DNA from: Octopus vulgaris
Taxonomy: Eukaryota
Direction of reading: 5' to 3'
DNA: 64,000 nt
NCBI GenBank assembly: GCA_951406725.2
Contig: OX597819.1
Span: 65,720,001-65,784,000 of the forward strand
A program made the position numbers and the translations under genes. The notes beneath the pieces were generated by a model. It made no database searches. It had not been told where the DNA came from and saw only the letters and a program-made list of their open reading frames with translations. Shown here in pieces: positions 1 through 13,697 of this stretch (position 1 is the stretch's first letter; each line of letters starts with the position of its first letter).

Positions 1-441
1 TGAAGCAAAGAGAGATAAAATAAAATGGCCATTTTGTCTGGATATGAATATGGAACCCAATGTTTCATCGTGAGATATCAACAAATTTCATCGAATACTT
101 TAACAACCTTTCCAAATAATCATGTTCCAAAATCAGAAATTTCGAACTTACATCCCTTCCATTATACTGCATTGATATTTCATTCTTCTCGACGTGAAAA
201 AAATTAGATGGAAGGATGACTAACGTCAGATTTGAAAAGAATCGAAAGCGCCGGGACATATACCAAGATACCTTTAGTCCGACGATTTAATAATCCTATC
301 AATTCAGTTTTAGCATTCGTTATAATAGGAGGAGGAGACTCCCTTCAGTCATGAATGACTATGGAACTGCACCTAGAAAATTACACTCCGAGGCACAGGT
401 CAGAGCAAGATTGTTTGTGGAAGGCTAGTAGTCACCCATGC

Positions 442-472
<31 letters not shown>

Positions 473-473
<1 letters not shown>

Positions 474-687
474 CCATTCTGCTACAGTTACAAGGCCTGA
501 AATTTTGGTGGAGAGGACTAGTCGATTACATAAAACTTAATGCTCGACTGGTACTTAGTTTATCGACCCTGAAAGGATAGAAGGCGAAGTCGACCTCGGT
601 GGAATTTGAACTCAGAAGGTAGTGGCAAACGAAATGCTGCTAAGCATTTCGCCCGGCATGCTAACGATTCTGTCAGCTCACTACCTT
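473..687 (-). mobile_element. SINE family A (tRNA-like head, GCCTTTCATCCTTTCGGGGTCGATAAA core), short-tail form
   Basis: Reverse complement has GAGTTCAAATTCC B-box-like motif and the core shared with more than 10 other copies in the window; ends in ATT repeats. Confidence 0.85.
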
Positions 688-694
688 AATAATA

Positions 695-1083
695 ATCCAT
701 TCCACTAACGGCACAAGGCCTGAAATTTGGTAGGAAGGGACTAGTAGACTAGTGTGTAACTGGTACTTAATTTATCGACTCCGAAAGGATGAAGGGTAAA
801 GTCGACCTCGGCGGAATTTGAACTCAGAACGTAACGGCAGACGAAATACCTATTTCTTTACTACTCACAAGGGGCTAAACACAGAGAGGACAAACAAGGA
901 CAGACAAACGGATTTAGTCGATTATATCGAGCCCAGTGCGTAACTGGTACTTATTTAATCGACTCCGAAAGGATGAAAGGCAAAGTCGACCTCGGCAGAA
1001 TTTGAACTCAGAACGTAACTGCAGACGAAATACCGTTAAGCATTTCGCCCGGCGTGCTAACGTTTCTGCCAGCTCGCCGCCTT
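695..1083 (-). mobile_element. SINE family A, composite/dimeric form (head-core-long tail + second B-box-core-short tail)
   Basis: Two B-box/core units joined at AAAGAAATA|GGTATTTCGTCTG (minus strand); the same junction recurs at 53757-54143. Confidence 0.85.
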
Positions 1084-1435
1084 GATAATTATAATAATGA
1101 TAGCTTTAATTTTTGGCATAAGGTCAGGGAATGCGAGAGATGGGGAGCAAGATGATTACATTGACCCCCCATGACATTGCTGCTTCTTATTTTTATCCAT
1201 CTCGAAAAGATGAAGAACAAATTCCAGTTCAGCAGACTTTTATTGAATCGGAAGAAACACGACTCTACATTGTTCAGTGCTTTAACGATCGTGCTACCTC
1301 GCTACCTTAGTGGTGATGAGGATGATGATGATGATGACGATGGTGATGTCGATGACGATGATGATGACAGCAATAACAATAATATGAGCAGAATATAAAT
1401 TATTTAAACAAAACAAATAAATGTATATACAACAA

Positions 1436-1508
1436 ACACACACACACACATATATTTATATATATGTATATGTATATATATGTATATATATATGTATATA
1501 TATATGTG

Positions 1509-1540
<32 letters not shown>

Positions 1541-1564
1541 TGTATACGGACATACAGATATGCA

Positions 1565-1604
<40 letters not shown>

Positions 1605-1656
1605 TACATATGCACATATTTATATATGCACACATATACACAAATGCATACACGTA

Positions 1657-1693
<37 letters not shown>

Positions 1694-1700
1694 TTATATC
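1436..1700. repeat. Compound (CA)n/(TA)n/(TG)n microsatellite
   Basis: Directly visible. Confidence 0.95.
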
Positions 1701-2234
1701 ACTTAGAATTCTAGTCTGTTTTAACTACAATGCACGTTTCCAATCACCGACAAGACGCTACATGCTTTGTTAAAATCCTCCATGTTATATTATTCAATTC
1801 TAATGTCTTTGTTATGTCTTCATTGTGAACTACAATTGCTATATGAGACATTTTTCGTTGATCTTATTATTATCATGCTACAAAACGATGCTGATAGTTG
1901 CAGCTGTTATTTGATATATGCTCTTCGACTTGTTATATTTCTACCGTGTTTGTTTTCTTCTTGTCGTCGTCTTTCCCCACGATATCATATTTGTATTTGT
2001 TTTATTGTATTTCCTCTTGTTGATATTGTTCAAGAAACATTCCGAGGAACTGAGTCTACTCTTGGAAAACGTTGAGTATATTAAGTAACGGTGACTTATC
2101 TTTAATGTCCAGATGCTGTAGTGTTCCTTGGTTTCTGCTAGGTCTGTTGTTTCCTTGTTTATCATTCCATAGTTCTTTTCTTTCACATAATGGGTTTAAA
2201 TCGAGCATTCACCATATTTGTAATTATTGGCTTA

Positions 2235-2456
2235 GAATTTTGGTGCAAGGCTAGCAATTTTGGTGAGGGATAAGTCGGTCACATATACGCCAATACACAA
2301 CTGACCTTATTTTATCGATCCAAAACTTTGCAAAGCAAAGTGGAAGTGGAACTCAGAACGTTAAGTGGAACTCAGAACGGAAATGGAACTCAGAACGTTA
2401 AGACTGACGAAATACCGCTAAGCATTATGTCCAGCAAGCTACGATTCTGCCAGCTA
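2235..2456 (-). mobile_element. Degenerate SINE family A with internal triplication of GGAACTCAGAACG
   Basis: Similarity to other family A copies. Confidence 0.7.
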
Positions 2457-2653
2457 ATGGTATTTGTATTTATTCCTTAGTTTGTATATGTCCATTGATA
2501 CATTGCCCTTGTGATGAATAAGATAAAGGTCAATCGGCTGACACAATCATTAGAACAGTGGAAAATATTTTAGTGGATTATCGTTTGCATTCCGAGTTCA
2601 AACCAGGGTGACTTCATATTTGCCTTTCATTCTACCGATGTCTGTATAATAAC

Positions 2654-2909
2654 TACTGGGTTGGTGCATTATTATTGCGGCATTTTTCAACACATTTTAT
2701 TCGACAAAAGCAATAATAATATTTAACAAAAAACATCTTTAAATGACGGTCTGACAATCTTCCAAGCAAATGGGACGTAGTAATTGAAGTAGATGGTGAA
2801 TATGCTCCGGAATAATCATTTAAAGATGTTTTTGTTATATGTTGTTATTGTTTATGTTGAATAAAATTCGTTGAAAAAAAAGCAGCAATAATTATACAGC
2901 AATCCAATA
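2654..2909 (+). mobile_element. Mariner-derived MITE (internally deleted)
   Basis: TA-bounded imperfect inverted arms of about 90 bp (e.g. AACAAAAAACATCTTTAAATGA / TCATTTAAAGATGTTTTTGTTA). The centre encodes LPSKWDVVIEVDGEY, resembling a mariner transposase C-terminus. Confidence 0.8.
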
Positions 2910-3483
2910 GAAGTGCAGTTATTGAAGGATGCGCTCTCTCCCATCTTAGGTTCTGACCGTTTGCTTGCACCCCTTCCCCCACAAAAAAACTGCATAACAG
3001 TTGTCATCGCCGTCATCATCATCATCACCATCATTGTTATTATTCTTTCAATTCTGTTTCCATTTCTTACCGAGTATATTCCCAAAATCATATTCATTGG
3101 TAGGCTATTAAAATAAACACACCACATTTTTCGTTTACAAATTCATGTGATAGAAAACAAGCGGGAAGAAAGGCAGATGAAAGAAGGGGGAAAAAACCCA
3201 GAAAAATGGAAATAAAAAAGCGCAAAGGAAATAAGTGGGTAAAACGAACGAAAATTCAGAGCGACAATGCTCTTCTCAATACGTGTGTCGTGCCAATAAA
3301 GACAATTTCTTACACTTCCTCCATGGATGGTAATACAGGGATCATTCTCAAATAATTTGTAGTTCCCTTTTTGATCATTCAAAGTGTTCCTACAATCATT
3401 TGTATTGTACCCGTCTTGAAATGCCACATTGTTTCGATTTCAATCAGCAGATCTTTATATTTTCTGAGCTCATCAAATCCCAA

Positions 3484-3572
3484 AATCATCATCATCATCA
3501 TCATCATTATTATTATTATTATCATTATTATAATTATTATCATTATTATTATTATTAGTAGTAGTAGTAGTA
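3484..3572. repeat. (ATC)n/(ATT)n/(AGT)n compound microsatellite
   Basis: Directly visible. Confidence 0.95.
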
Positions 3573-3579
3573 CCATGAC

Positions 3580-3795
3580 AGCGAGCAACCAGAATCGTTA
3601 GTACATCGGATGAAATGCTTAGCGGCATTCCGTCTATCTTTGCATTCGGAGATCAAATTCCACCGAGGTCGACTTGCCCTTTCATCCTTCTGGGGTCGAT
3701 GAAAATAAGTACCTGCTGAACACTGTGTTCGATCTAATCGAGTTCACTCCCCCCTCCCCCCTCCGAAACTCCTGACCTTCCGACAAAATTTCAAC
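3580..3795 (+). mobile_element. SINE family A, diverged
   Basis: AAATGCTTAGCGG...AAATTCCACCGAGGTCGACTTGCCCTTTCATCCTT core. Confidence 0.8.
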
Positions 3796-3799
3796 GCTG

Positions 3800-4133
3800 C
3801 TATTATTTCTCTTTATCACAGGTTTTGTTGAAGCTCCGAGAGTCTTGCATATGTAGCGAGCTTGCAACCTGCAGCCTACGCTACCACGCTGCCCGTTCTT
3901 TTCAGTTCTTTAACACCTTACTGATTATTCTGGCTCTGCTAAGGAGGCAAAACCTTTGTAACAATTCAACTGGGCACTCTATTCCAATTTCTTTTATATT
4001 CCCTTAATGACTTCTGATACTGTTACCAAAGATCCAACAATAATTCGCACTATCTCCACCTTCTTCATTTTCCATTGCCGGGCTATTTCGTACTAGAGAG
4101 GGTTGTGCTTATCTATCTTTTCGCCTTCCTTCT
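3800..4133 (-). pseudogene. Dong/R4-clade non-LTR retrotransposon 3' fragment (REL endonuclease C-terminus and 3' UTR)
   Basis: Minus translation KEGEKIDKHNPL*YEIARQWKMKKVEIVRIIVGSLVTVS...IGIECPVELLQRFCLLSRARIISKVLKN* matches the R4/Dong EK..KY..L...W...V.P...GALG...LQK..LLGTA.I.R pattern; one stop and one frameshift; abuts (ATT)n. Confidence 0.75.
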
Positions 4134-4138
4134 TAACA

Positions 4139-4173
<35 letters not shown>

Positions 4174-4233
4174 CATTATTATCATTATTATCATTATTAT
4201 AATAATTATTATAATAATAATTATTATTATTAT

Positions 4234-4786
4234 TGAGTGAGAGAGCAGTGCATGCCATCAAAGTGACACTGGGGTAAAATATACGAAGCCCAGTACACCC
4301 ATCATGACCACCCGTCTGATAAGGGTACACCAGGCACATGCATCACAACCATATGTGCGTGACATAGTGATCGCATATCAAAATAAACAGCACATGACCT
4401 TGCAGGTGGGGCCCAGTTAGAATTTTCTTCTGGTCGAGTAACCCATCCCGCTCAAAAGGTCCCTGAAGAAGGGTTGTTTAAGGATGTTGAACGAAACACT
4501 TTTTTCCAGAGGTGAACTATTCAAACCCCAAAAAATCCCTCTCAACACATGGCTATGATGCTCCCCCACTACTTCTGCTCATGATCAGAGATGCACATAT
4601 CGTCAGCCACTAAGGGACATGGTCAACTGGTTAAGGTCAAACAACTGACAAGCAAATCTGTGGTATTGAGCAGAATATTTGCTGTAGCCCATCTTTTATA
4701 CCAAGACAAAACAATGTACATGATAACACTTCCAATCAGTTAAGATCAGAAGCCATGAGAGCCACTGTCTGGTACAACACCAGGGC

Positions 4787-4790
<4 letters not shown>
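4234..4790 (-). mobile_element. Interspersed repeat of about 560 bp embedded in (TAA)n; probable non-autonomous retroelement
   Basis: Complex, GC-richer block with sharp boundaries inside ATT arrays on both sides and no long ORF; recognised from memory as an abundant octopus repeat; strand inferred from the (TAA)n tail. Confidence 0.6.
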
Positions 4791-4864
<74 letters not shown>

Positions 4865-5030
4865 CTCAGTCCTATATAATCTTAACAAAAAATAAAGTAG
4901 ACTGACATGTAATTTTTGAACCTGTGGAAAGCACACTAGATGCCGAAATATCGTTCAACCAATTTCACATGATAACTATGGCACTCTTTTTTACTTATTT
5001 CTGTAAAACTTCTGGGGAGTTACTTCAGTC

Positions 5031-5031
5031 A

Positions 5032-5120
<89 letters not shown>
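5031..5120. repeat. (ATT)n microsatellite
   Basis: Directly visible. Confidence 0.95.
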
Positions 5121-5122
<2 letters not shown>

Positions 5123-5427
5123 TCTTCATCATTACCATCATCCTCATTATTATTATAGCAATTAAGTTTATCTGCATCACTAAACACATCATTACAACTG
5201 TGTCTTGTACAACATTGCATTAGACAAAATGGCGTTCGTTGAAATTTTGTAGCCGTCGTTTTATTTATTCATTTATTTTTATCTATGTGTTCTCATCTCA
5301 ACCAGGTCAGTTTTATCTTATATCAGTTTCAAATTCAATAAAATGCGAAGCAATTAAGAAAAGAGGATGCAGGATTCATTGCCCGCTTGTGGCTTTTTAC
5401 AGCTAAAAATATGAAATTAATATAAGC

Positions 5428-5514
5428 CTTCTTCTTCTTCTTCTTCTTCTTCTTCTTCTTTTTCTTCTTCTTCTTCTTCTTCTTCTTCTTCTTCTTCTTC
5501 TTCTTCTTCTTCTT

Positions 5515-5571
<57 letters not shown>

Positions 5572-5574
5572 GTT

Positions 5575-5608
<34 letters not shown>
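5428..5608. repeat. (CTT)n followed by (ATT)n
   Basis: Directly visible. Confidence 0.95.
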
Positions 5609-5780
5609 GTTATTGTCGCTGTTTTTTGCTAGCATCATTATAGTTTCATAAGCTAGACTCTCGGTATACTTATTAACATCGTTAATGTCATAACGACTAT
5701 CAACATCGTTGAAAACGATGCCATCAGGTGCGTATGTGTGTGTGCGCACGCGTGTGCGTAGCTATGTGCAAAAACATATG

Positions 5781-5825
<45 letters not shown>

Positions 5826-5965
5826 GCGTGTTCACATGATTATCATCTCTCTATCTCTCTATCTATCAATGAATGAATCTATCTATCAATCAATCAATCA
5901 TCTATGTATCTATTCTATCTATCTATCTATAAATGTATATATATATACATCAACATATATAAACA

Positions 5966-6047
<82 letters not shown>

Positions 6048-6126
6048 TATGTGTGTGTGTGTGTGTGTGCTTATGCGTACATACGCATATACAATAATTG
6101 TGCATATGCACCCATACATTTTATGC

Positions 6127-6170
<44 letters not shown>

Positions 6171-6329
6171 AGAGAATAAGAGAGAGGGGTGAAAAAGTAA
6201 AGAGGGATAATCTATATCGCCATGTTTATTTCTATGATTATCATATTCAGCATTCTCAGCAGTATTTCCGTCGTTGGTATAATTCTTATCATCGCTCTAT
6301 TCTCATCAGCGTCATCTTCAATTCTGTCG

Positions 6330-6870
6330 TGAACATCATGTCGTCGCTGCATCATCATCATCATCATCGCCGTCATTGTCGTTGTCGTCACCAGCAATAA
6401 CGCCGTCACCATCATCAGTCACGTCGCATACATCATTAACGCTATTTTCGCTGTTATTTCTTTTTTTTTTTTAACACAGGGAATACATCCAGCCCCATCG
6501 ACATGAACATCATAGTCGTCGTCGTTATCATCATCCTTATCATCATCGTCGTCATCATCATCATCATCATCATCGTTGTCGCCAGCGTCATCATCATTGT
6601 CGTAGTCATCATCACCATTACCATCATCATCATCGTCTTCGTCGTCGTCATCATCATCATCATCATCAGTAACGGCAACAGCGTAGCCCTTTTACCGTCA
6701 TCATCGTCGTTATCATCATCGTCGTCATCATCAACATCATCGTTGTCGTCATCGTCATCATGATTGTCGTAGTCATCATCATCACCATCATCGTCATCGC
6801 CGTCGTCGTCATCATCATCATGATCAGTAACGGCAACAACATCGTCGCCCTTTTACCGTCATCGTTTCGA
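6330..6870. repeat. Cryptic (CAT/CGT)n region with an internal duplication of about 160 bp
   Basis: ATCAGTAACGGCAACA...GCCCTTTTACCGTCATC occurs at about 6665 and 6823. Confidence 0.85.
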
Positions 6871-7358
6871 AGGTTGTTATTATTTTTTTTCAGCAGAGCA
6901 AAGCGGATACATCCGACCCCTCCCACGCCATCGCCCCAACTACTACCACCACCAACACCACAATCACCACCTCCAACACACACCGACCATTCCCACCACC
7001 ATCCTTAGTCTTCGATAGAAAAAAATCGATTAAGACAATTCTCAGATTACTTCTGGCGCCACTGAGCAACTTCCCTCTCTCTATTGATTGATGCAGAACA
7101 ATTTCTTAGCAAAAGAAAAGAAGAGATTTAACAAAAGTTTAAATCTGTATTCAAAGAAGTTTCTAAGAAAACGAATGAAGAAATTCCAAATGTAATAATA
7201 AGGGCAAGAACGGCAACATCAACAGAAACAATAATAGGAACAACAACAACAATAATAATAATAATAATAATAAAAGTACTACTACTAATACTTATAATAA
7301 TAATGATAATAATGATGATAATAATATAAGTCCTACTAATAATAATGAAGATAATGAA

Positions 7359-7416
<58 letters not shown>

Positions 7417-8100
7417 GTAATAATAATACTAATAATAAAAAGAGCAATAATGATCATGGTTATGATGATAATGTCGACGACGACGATGATTCCACTTCTA
7501 CTACTTTTAATAATAATAGAAGAAAATCGAATGCAATAAAGAATTGAATAGCAAACTGGAAATTAAGAAATATATACATACACGCATACATACATATATT
7601 CGTGTGTGTGTGTGTGTGCGTGTGTGTGTGTGTATGTAGTGTAGAGACACACAGAGACACACACATGCAATCATACATACATGAATACATGCTTACATAT
7701 GCTTAATTTTATATACATACATAGAGTTATGCACACACACATATATGTCTGTACATATACATATGCATTATATATATATATATATTTATTTATATAATTA
7801 TATATATATATGTTTGTGTGCGTTTGCGTGTATGTGTGTGTAAGCGAATATTAAGTAGTTTAAGCAAACAAAAACGGTCTCAATACCAAATATAGAGTCG
7901 TACATCTTTACTAAATTACTGAATAAGATACATTCATTGCCTCTGGTGATTTCTAATACAAATAGATCATTGTGTTTGGATTAGTCCAAACTATGAATCA
8001 CAGCCGCAGAAACGCATGGCAGTGAAATTACTGTATGTAATATAACTGAAAATCCGGCGATTTCTTCCAGATACAACATGTGCCAATAATTCGGTTGCCA

Positions 8101-8162
8101 TAATAAAAATCTGAGTTTCGTATAACGGAGCGGAAATTGCTCCGGCATCTCGTCAGTTATTA
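8101..8162 (-). ncRNA. Second, partly decayed hammerhead motif (inverted copy)
   Basis: Minus strand reads TAATAA-CTGACGA-GATGCCGGAGC-AATTTCC-GCTCCGTTATAC-GAAACTCAGATTT-TTATTA; the base of stem II and stem III are mutated. Confidence 0.5.
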
Positions 8163-8223
8163 ATAACTGACGAGATGCCGGAGCAGGTTTCCGCTCCGAC
8201 ATCCGAAACTCGAAGTTTTATTA
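8161..8223 (+). ncRNA. Type-I hammerhead ribozyme motif
   Basis: Stem I TAATAA(8161-66)/TTATTA(8218-23); CTGACGA 8167-73; stem II GATGCCGGAGC/GCTCCGACATC (10 of 11 bp, plus one extra C before GAAA); GAAA 8205-08; stem III ACT/AGT; predicted cleavage after GUU at 8217. Confidence 0.7.
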
Positions 8224-8320
8224 TGACAACCGAATAATTGTCACATACTGCATAATATAAATTCCTCTATTTATTTAATATTGAGGTCTCATTCATTATT
8301 TTGTTGACGATCTGGCAGAC

Positions 8321-8556
8321 AAGGCGGCGAGCTGGCAGCAGACACGTTAGGGCGCCGGGCGAAATGCTTAGCGGTATTTCGTCTGTCGATACGTTCTGAG
8401 TTCAAATTCCGCCGAGGTCAACTTTGTCTTTCATCCTTTCGGGGTCGATAAATAAAGTACCAGTTTCGCACTGGGGTCGATATAATCGACTCAATCCATT
8501 CGTCTGTCCTTGTTTGTCCCCTCTATGTTTATCCCCTTCTGGGCAGTAAAGAAATA
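8321..8556 (+). mobile_element. SINE family A, long-tail form
   Basis: GGCGGCGAGCTGGCAG head, GAGTTCAAATTCC, core, tail ...GGGCAGTAAAGAAATA; a second partial tail follows to about 8625. Confidence 0.9.
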
Positions 8557-9384
8557 TATATATGTAATCGACTTCATCCCTTTCTCTGTCCTTGTTTGTC
8601 CATGCTATGTTTAGCCCCCTGTTTGTTATAAAAAGATTAACATCGTTTATTCTGATTCACGTTATTGAAAGTTTTGGAGGGAATCACTGAACGTGACAAA
8701 TGCTTCGTAAGGAATTATCGGTACTACGGTGATTTTCGTCCATATGATAAGCTATTCCATGTGACTAACGGACGAGAATTTCGACTTTCTGGTTTTAGAA
8801 TTTCAATCGCTTTAACTATTATTTCAGTATTTCTCATAAATTTTAGAACAAATCGTACCTTTTTTGTTCTACTTCTTTCGGCTACAGCGCCGTTACAGGA
8901 AACCAGTACGCATATGATTGAAAGTCGAGCGTAGACGCGTTTATCTACTTAAACACTGGCTTCTTAACTGCATATTATTGCCTTCACTTATGTTAATATT
9001 TCTGAATATTTTCAATATTTTATTGAAATGCTTTTACAGGAGTGACCACTCCTACTTGCGTTTTAAACTTTACCACTGCAATCAATAATTGCATGTGTTG
9101 TCTGAGCACATTGATGTCATTGTATGTTATTGTTACTAATTTATACGTGAGAGGTTTCCATATTTTATATATTGTTTAAAGAAAATTTCTTCAGGCAAAT
9201 TTATCTTACTTCGGTCATATGACTGTGGAGCACCGCCTTGGGGAATTTTCGTCGAATGTACAATTTTTAAAGCTTGATACTCATACTACAGGTCTCTTCT
9301 GACGAGCCATTAAGTGACAGGGACATTAACACAACGCCGATTGTCAAGAGGTGGTGGGGAACAAAGACAGGAGAGAGACACATA

Positions 9385-9431
<47 letters not shown>

Positions 9432-9433
<2 letters not shown>

Positions 9434-9835
9434 TCTTTTAATCTTTTACTTGTTTCAGTTATTTGACTGCGGCCATGCTGAAGCACCGCCTTTTAATCAA
9501 GCAACTCGACTCCGGGACTTATTCTTTCGTAAGCCCAGTACTTGTTCTATCGGTCTCTTTTGCCGAACCGCTAAGTAACGGGGAGATAAACACCAGCATT
9601 GGTTGTCAAGCAATGCTAAGGGGACAGACACACAAACACACACACGCATATATATATACATATACATATATACAACGGGCTTCTTTCAGTTTCCGTCTAC
9701 CAAATCCACTCACAAGGCTTTGGTCGGCCCGAGGCTATAGTAGAAGACACTTGTCCAAGGTGCCACGTAGTGGGACTGAACCCAGAAGCATGTGGTTGGT
9801 AAACAAGCTACTTACCACAGCCACTCCTGCACCTG
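9432..9835 (-). mobile_element. SINE family B (tRNA-like head, CORE-like GGCACCTTGGGCAAGTG domain, internal microsatellite), full length
   Basis: Matches the copies at 36296-36700 and 58493-58892; resembles octopus OR/OK-type SINEs (from memory). Confidence 0.9.
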
Positions 9836-10726
<891 letters not shown>

Positions 10727-11050
10727 TAATTAATAAGGGTGAGAGAATTAGATACTAATTTAATAGTATATCTATTCAACACCAAGTGGCCTAGTGCTCC
10801 GAGAAACCTGGATTATTATAATATTTTATAATATATTATAATATTTTTACAAAATAAATATAAGAGAGTGGTCACTATATGGCTCACTCTAGCACCAGTT
10901 AATCCAAAAGGTTTCAACCACAAAAATACATGTTTCCCATGAAAGTCAGTACGATTGTTAGCTCATACGGACAGGGCAAATAAAAAATAACAAAAATACA
11001 GATTATTTTGGGACAATTGTTTCGCTATTAATGAATTAAATGTAATTTTA
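10727..11050 (-). mobile_element. Element between TA-rich tracts, Penelope-like terminus
   Basis: Minus strand has GCGAAACAATTGTC (HHR 3' half with palindromic stem III) and ends CCACTTGGTG...CACCCTTATTAATTA, similar to 16210-16265 and 59205-59265. Confidence 0.45.
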
Positions 11051-11227
11051 TACATATATATATATAACATACATACGCACATACAAACACACACATGCAT
11101 ATATATACTGATATATCGTGTACTTTCAGTTATAATTATCAATTAACCATAAATTGTATTGATTAGCCATTAAACAGCATTATATGCTAATATTGTTATT
11201 TTTATTAATTACTTATTCATCAACTGC

Positions 11228-11265
<38 letters not shown>

Positions 11266-11384
11266 TCTACATAATTATTCATTTCAATATTTATTCATTT
11301 ATCGACTATGTATGTGAGTATGTGTGAGTATGTGTATCTGTGCATCTGAGTGTCTATATGTGTGAGTGTGTGTGTGTGTGTGAA

Positions 11385-11545
11385 GTCTCTTCTGGTATCC
11401 ATCTACTAAATCCACTCACATGTCTTTGTTGGGCCTGAGGCTGTAACAGAAAACCTTCGGTAAAGGTGCCAATCCGTGGAACTGAACCCAAAACCATGTG
11501 GTCCAGTGGTAATCATCTTACAACACAGCCACGCCTGCGCCTATG
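11385..11545 (-). mobile_element. SINE family B 5' half, diverged
   Basis: AAATCCACTCACA...CACAGCCACGCCTGCGCC. Confidence 0.75.
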
Positions 11546-12164
11546 TATATACATGTTCGTGTACACGTGTGCGTCTGTGTGCGTGCGTGCATAGTCTCCT
11601 TTGGTATCGACCCCTTGACCTCTTGCCAAAGTTATAGCAGTGCAGTAATGATACATGCCGTCTTTGGGGATTTTGTAGCATAGCAAAACCTATTCCAAGC
11701 CATGTCTGACTCATACTGTATTGTGGCAGACAAACTAAAATGGGTCAACAGAATAATGTGAGAGAGAAGAATCGGGCAAAGTTTAGAACTGTGAATTAAG
11801 TTATGTTTCATAAAGAATAAAACGAAAAAAGAGATTTGGAGCATTTGCACTCCGAGCGACGAATGTTATGCAGCCTCAGTGAAGCTCTATCACCTCGACA
11901 ATTTCATCTTTTAAACTGAAATACATACATGTACACACACATATATTTATATTCAGGCATATATACATCCATATATAAGCAATACATGATGGAACGTTGT
12001 AGAAAAAGCAGCTCTTTCCTTACAGGAAGGTACCAAATAATTAAAAACAAAACATAATATACATATACATAGAGTTACGTATATACAAAGACAAACACGC
12101 ATATATATATATATCTGTATATGCATACAATACACATATACGCAAACATGTATATGAGATAGAT

Positions 12165-12228
12165 AAAGAGGTACTGAGACAGATAAGTACACACACACAC
12201 ACACATATACAGATAGATAGACAGAAAG

Positions 12229-12301
<73 letters not shown>

Positions 12302-12383
12302 TACATGGATGGATAGATAGATAGATAGATAGATACATGGATGGATAGATAGATAGATAGATACATGGATAGATAGATGGATG

Positions 12384-12475
<92 letters not shown>

Positions 12476-12510
12476 CATGGATGGATAGATAGCTAGACAG
12501 GTAGATAGAT
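12165..12510. repeat. Compound (CA)/(TA)/(GA)/(GATA)n microsatellite
   Basis: Directly visible. Confidence 0.95.
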
Positions 12511-12748
12511 AATGTAGCGCATGGTTAGTTTGATTATGTAAACAGTACTATCTTTCAGTTAATTATTTTTGTTAGGAATAAAAATATATTTGAATGCTCT
12601 GCTCTCTGTTTCAGTGGTATTGTGTTAATAGACATTTGCCTCTGTTATTATCCTTCCAATATTAGTCTCCATCATCTGTTCGCTTGTTGTTATTAATAAT
12701 ATCAATAATATTCAGAAATGTATTTCTTTTCCATTTATACTCATGTGT

Positions 12749-12779
<31 letters not shown>

Positions 12780-13318
12780 AACACACACTCACGCACACAC
12801 ATACACACAAACGTACACACAATACACACACAGATGCATGCATATAAACACACACATATATATATATATATGCAATGTAAATGCCTACTTTTATTTGCTA
12901 TGTTAATTATAATTTAAAAATAGGACAAAGCAAAATGGCGAATGTTTATTTTTAAAGCCGTAACTCATTTTCCATTTCTACTTTCCTTTTATGTGTCCGC
13001 CATTTGTGTTTGGTTTCAATCCAATTGTAATAGATTAGAGACACGCATAAACATCATCATGAATTAGCATAAAACACAGGCACATAGATGAACATATATG
13101 TTATACACACACATACATTCTCTTATATATATCAACGTCCAGAATCATATATACCTCCGTGTATGCATAAATACTGTTGCATATATACATACACAGATCT
13201 CTCTTTCTCTCTCTCTATGTCTTTCTCTGTGAGCATGTGTGTGTGTGTCTCTTTGTAAGAGTACATATATTCCCGTGCATATATCTTATAACTATACAAG
13301 CATAAGTATGTGATACCC

Positions 13319-13319
<1 letters not shown>

Positions 13320-13372
<53 letters not shown>

Positions 13373-13514
13373 CAGGTCTATATATATATATATAGATATA
13401 GATAGATAGATATAGATATATGCATATATATATATATAGATATATGCATATATATATATATATAGATATATGCATATATATATATAGATATATGCATATA
13501 TATATAGAGATATA

Positions 13515-13552
<38 letters not shown>

Positions 13553-13558
13553 TATATC

Positions 13559-13590
<32 letters not shown>

Positions 13591-13697
13591 CAGACCTGTA
13601 TATAAATATATATATGCATATATATATATATGCATATATCTATATATATATATACATATATATATATATACAGACCTGTATATAAATATATATATGC

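Larger units (their letters stand above)
8078..8310. mobile_element. Fold-back element with head-to-head hammerhead motifs; Penelope-like pLTR derivative
   Basis: Inverted arms 8078-8161 / 8162-8246, perfect over 8138-8185; the 3' flank (TCCTCTATT...GAGGTCTCATTC) is homologous to about 22460-22510 on the minus strand. Confidence 0.7.
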
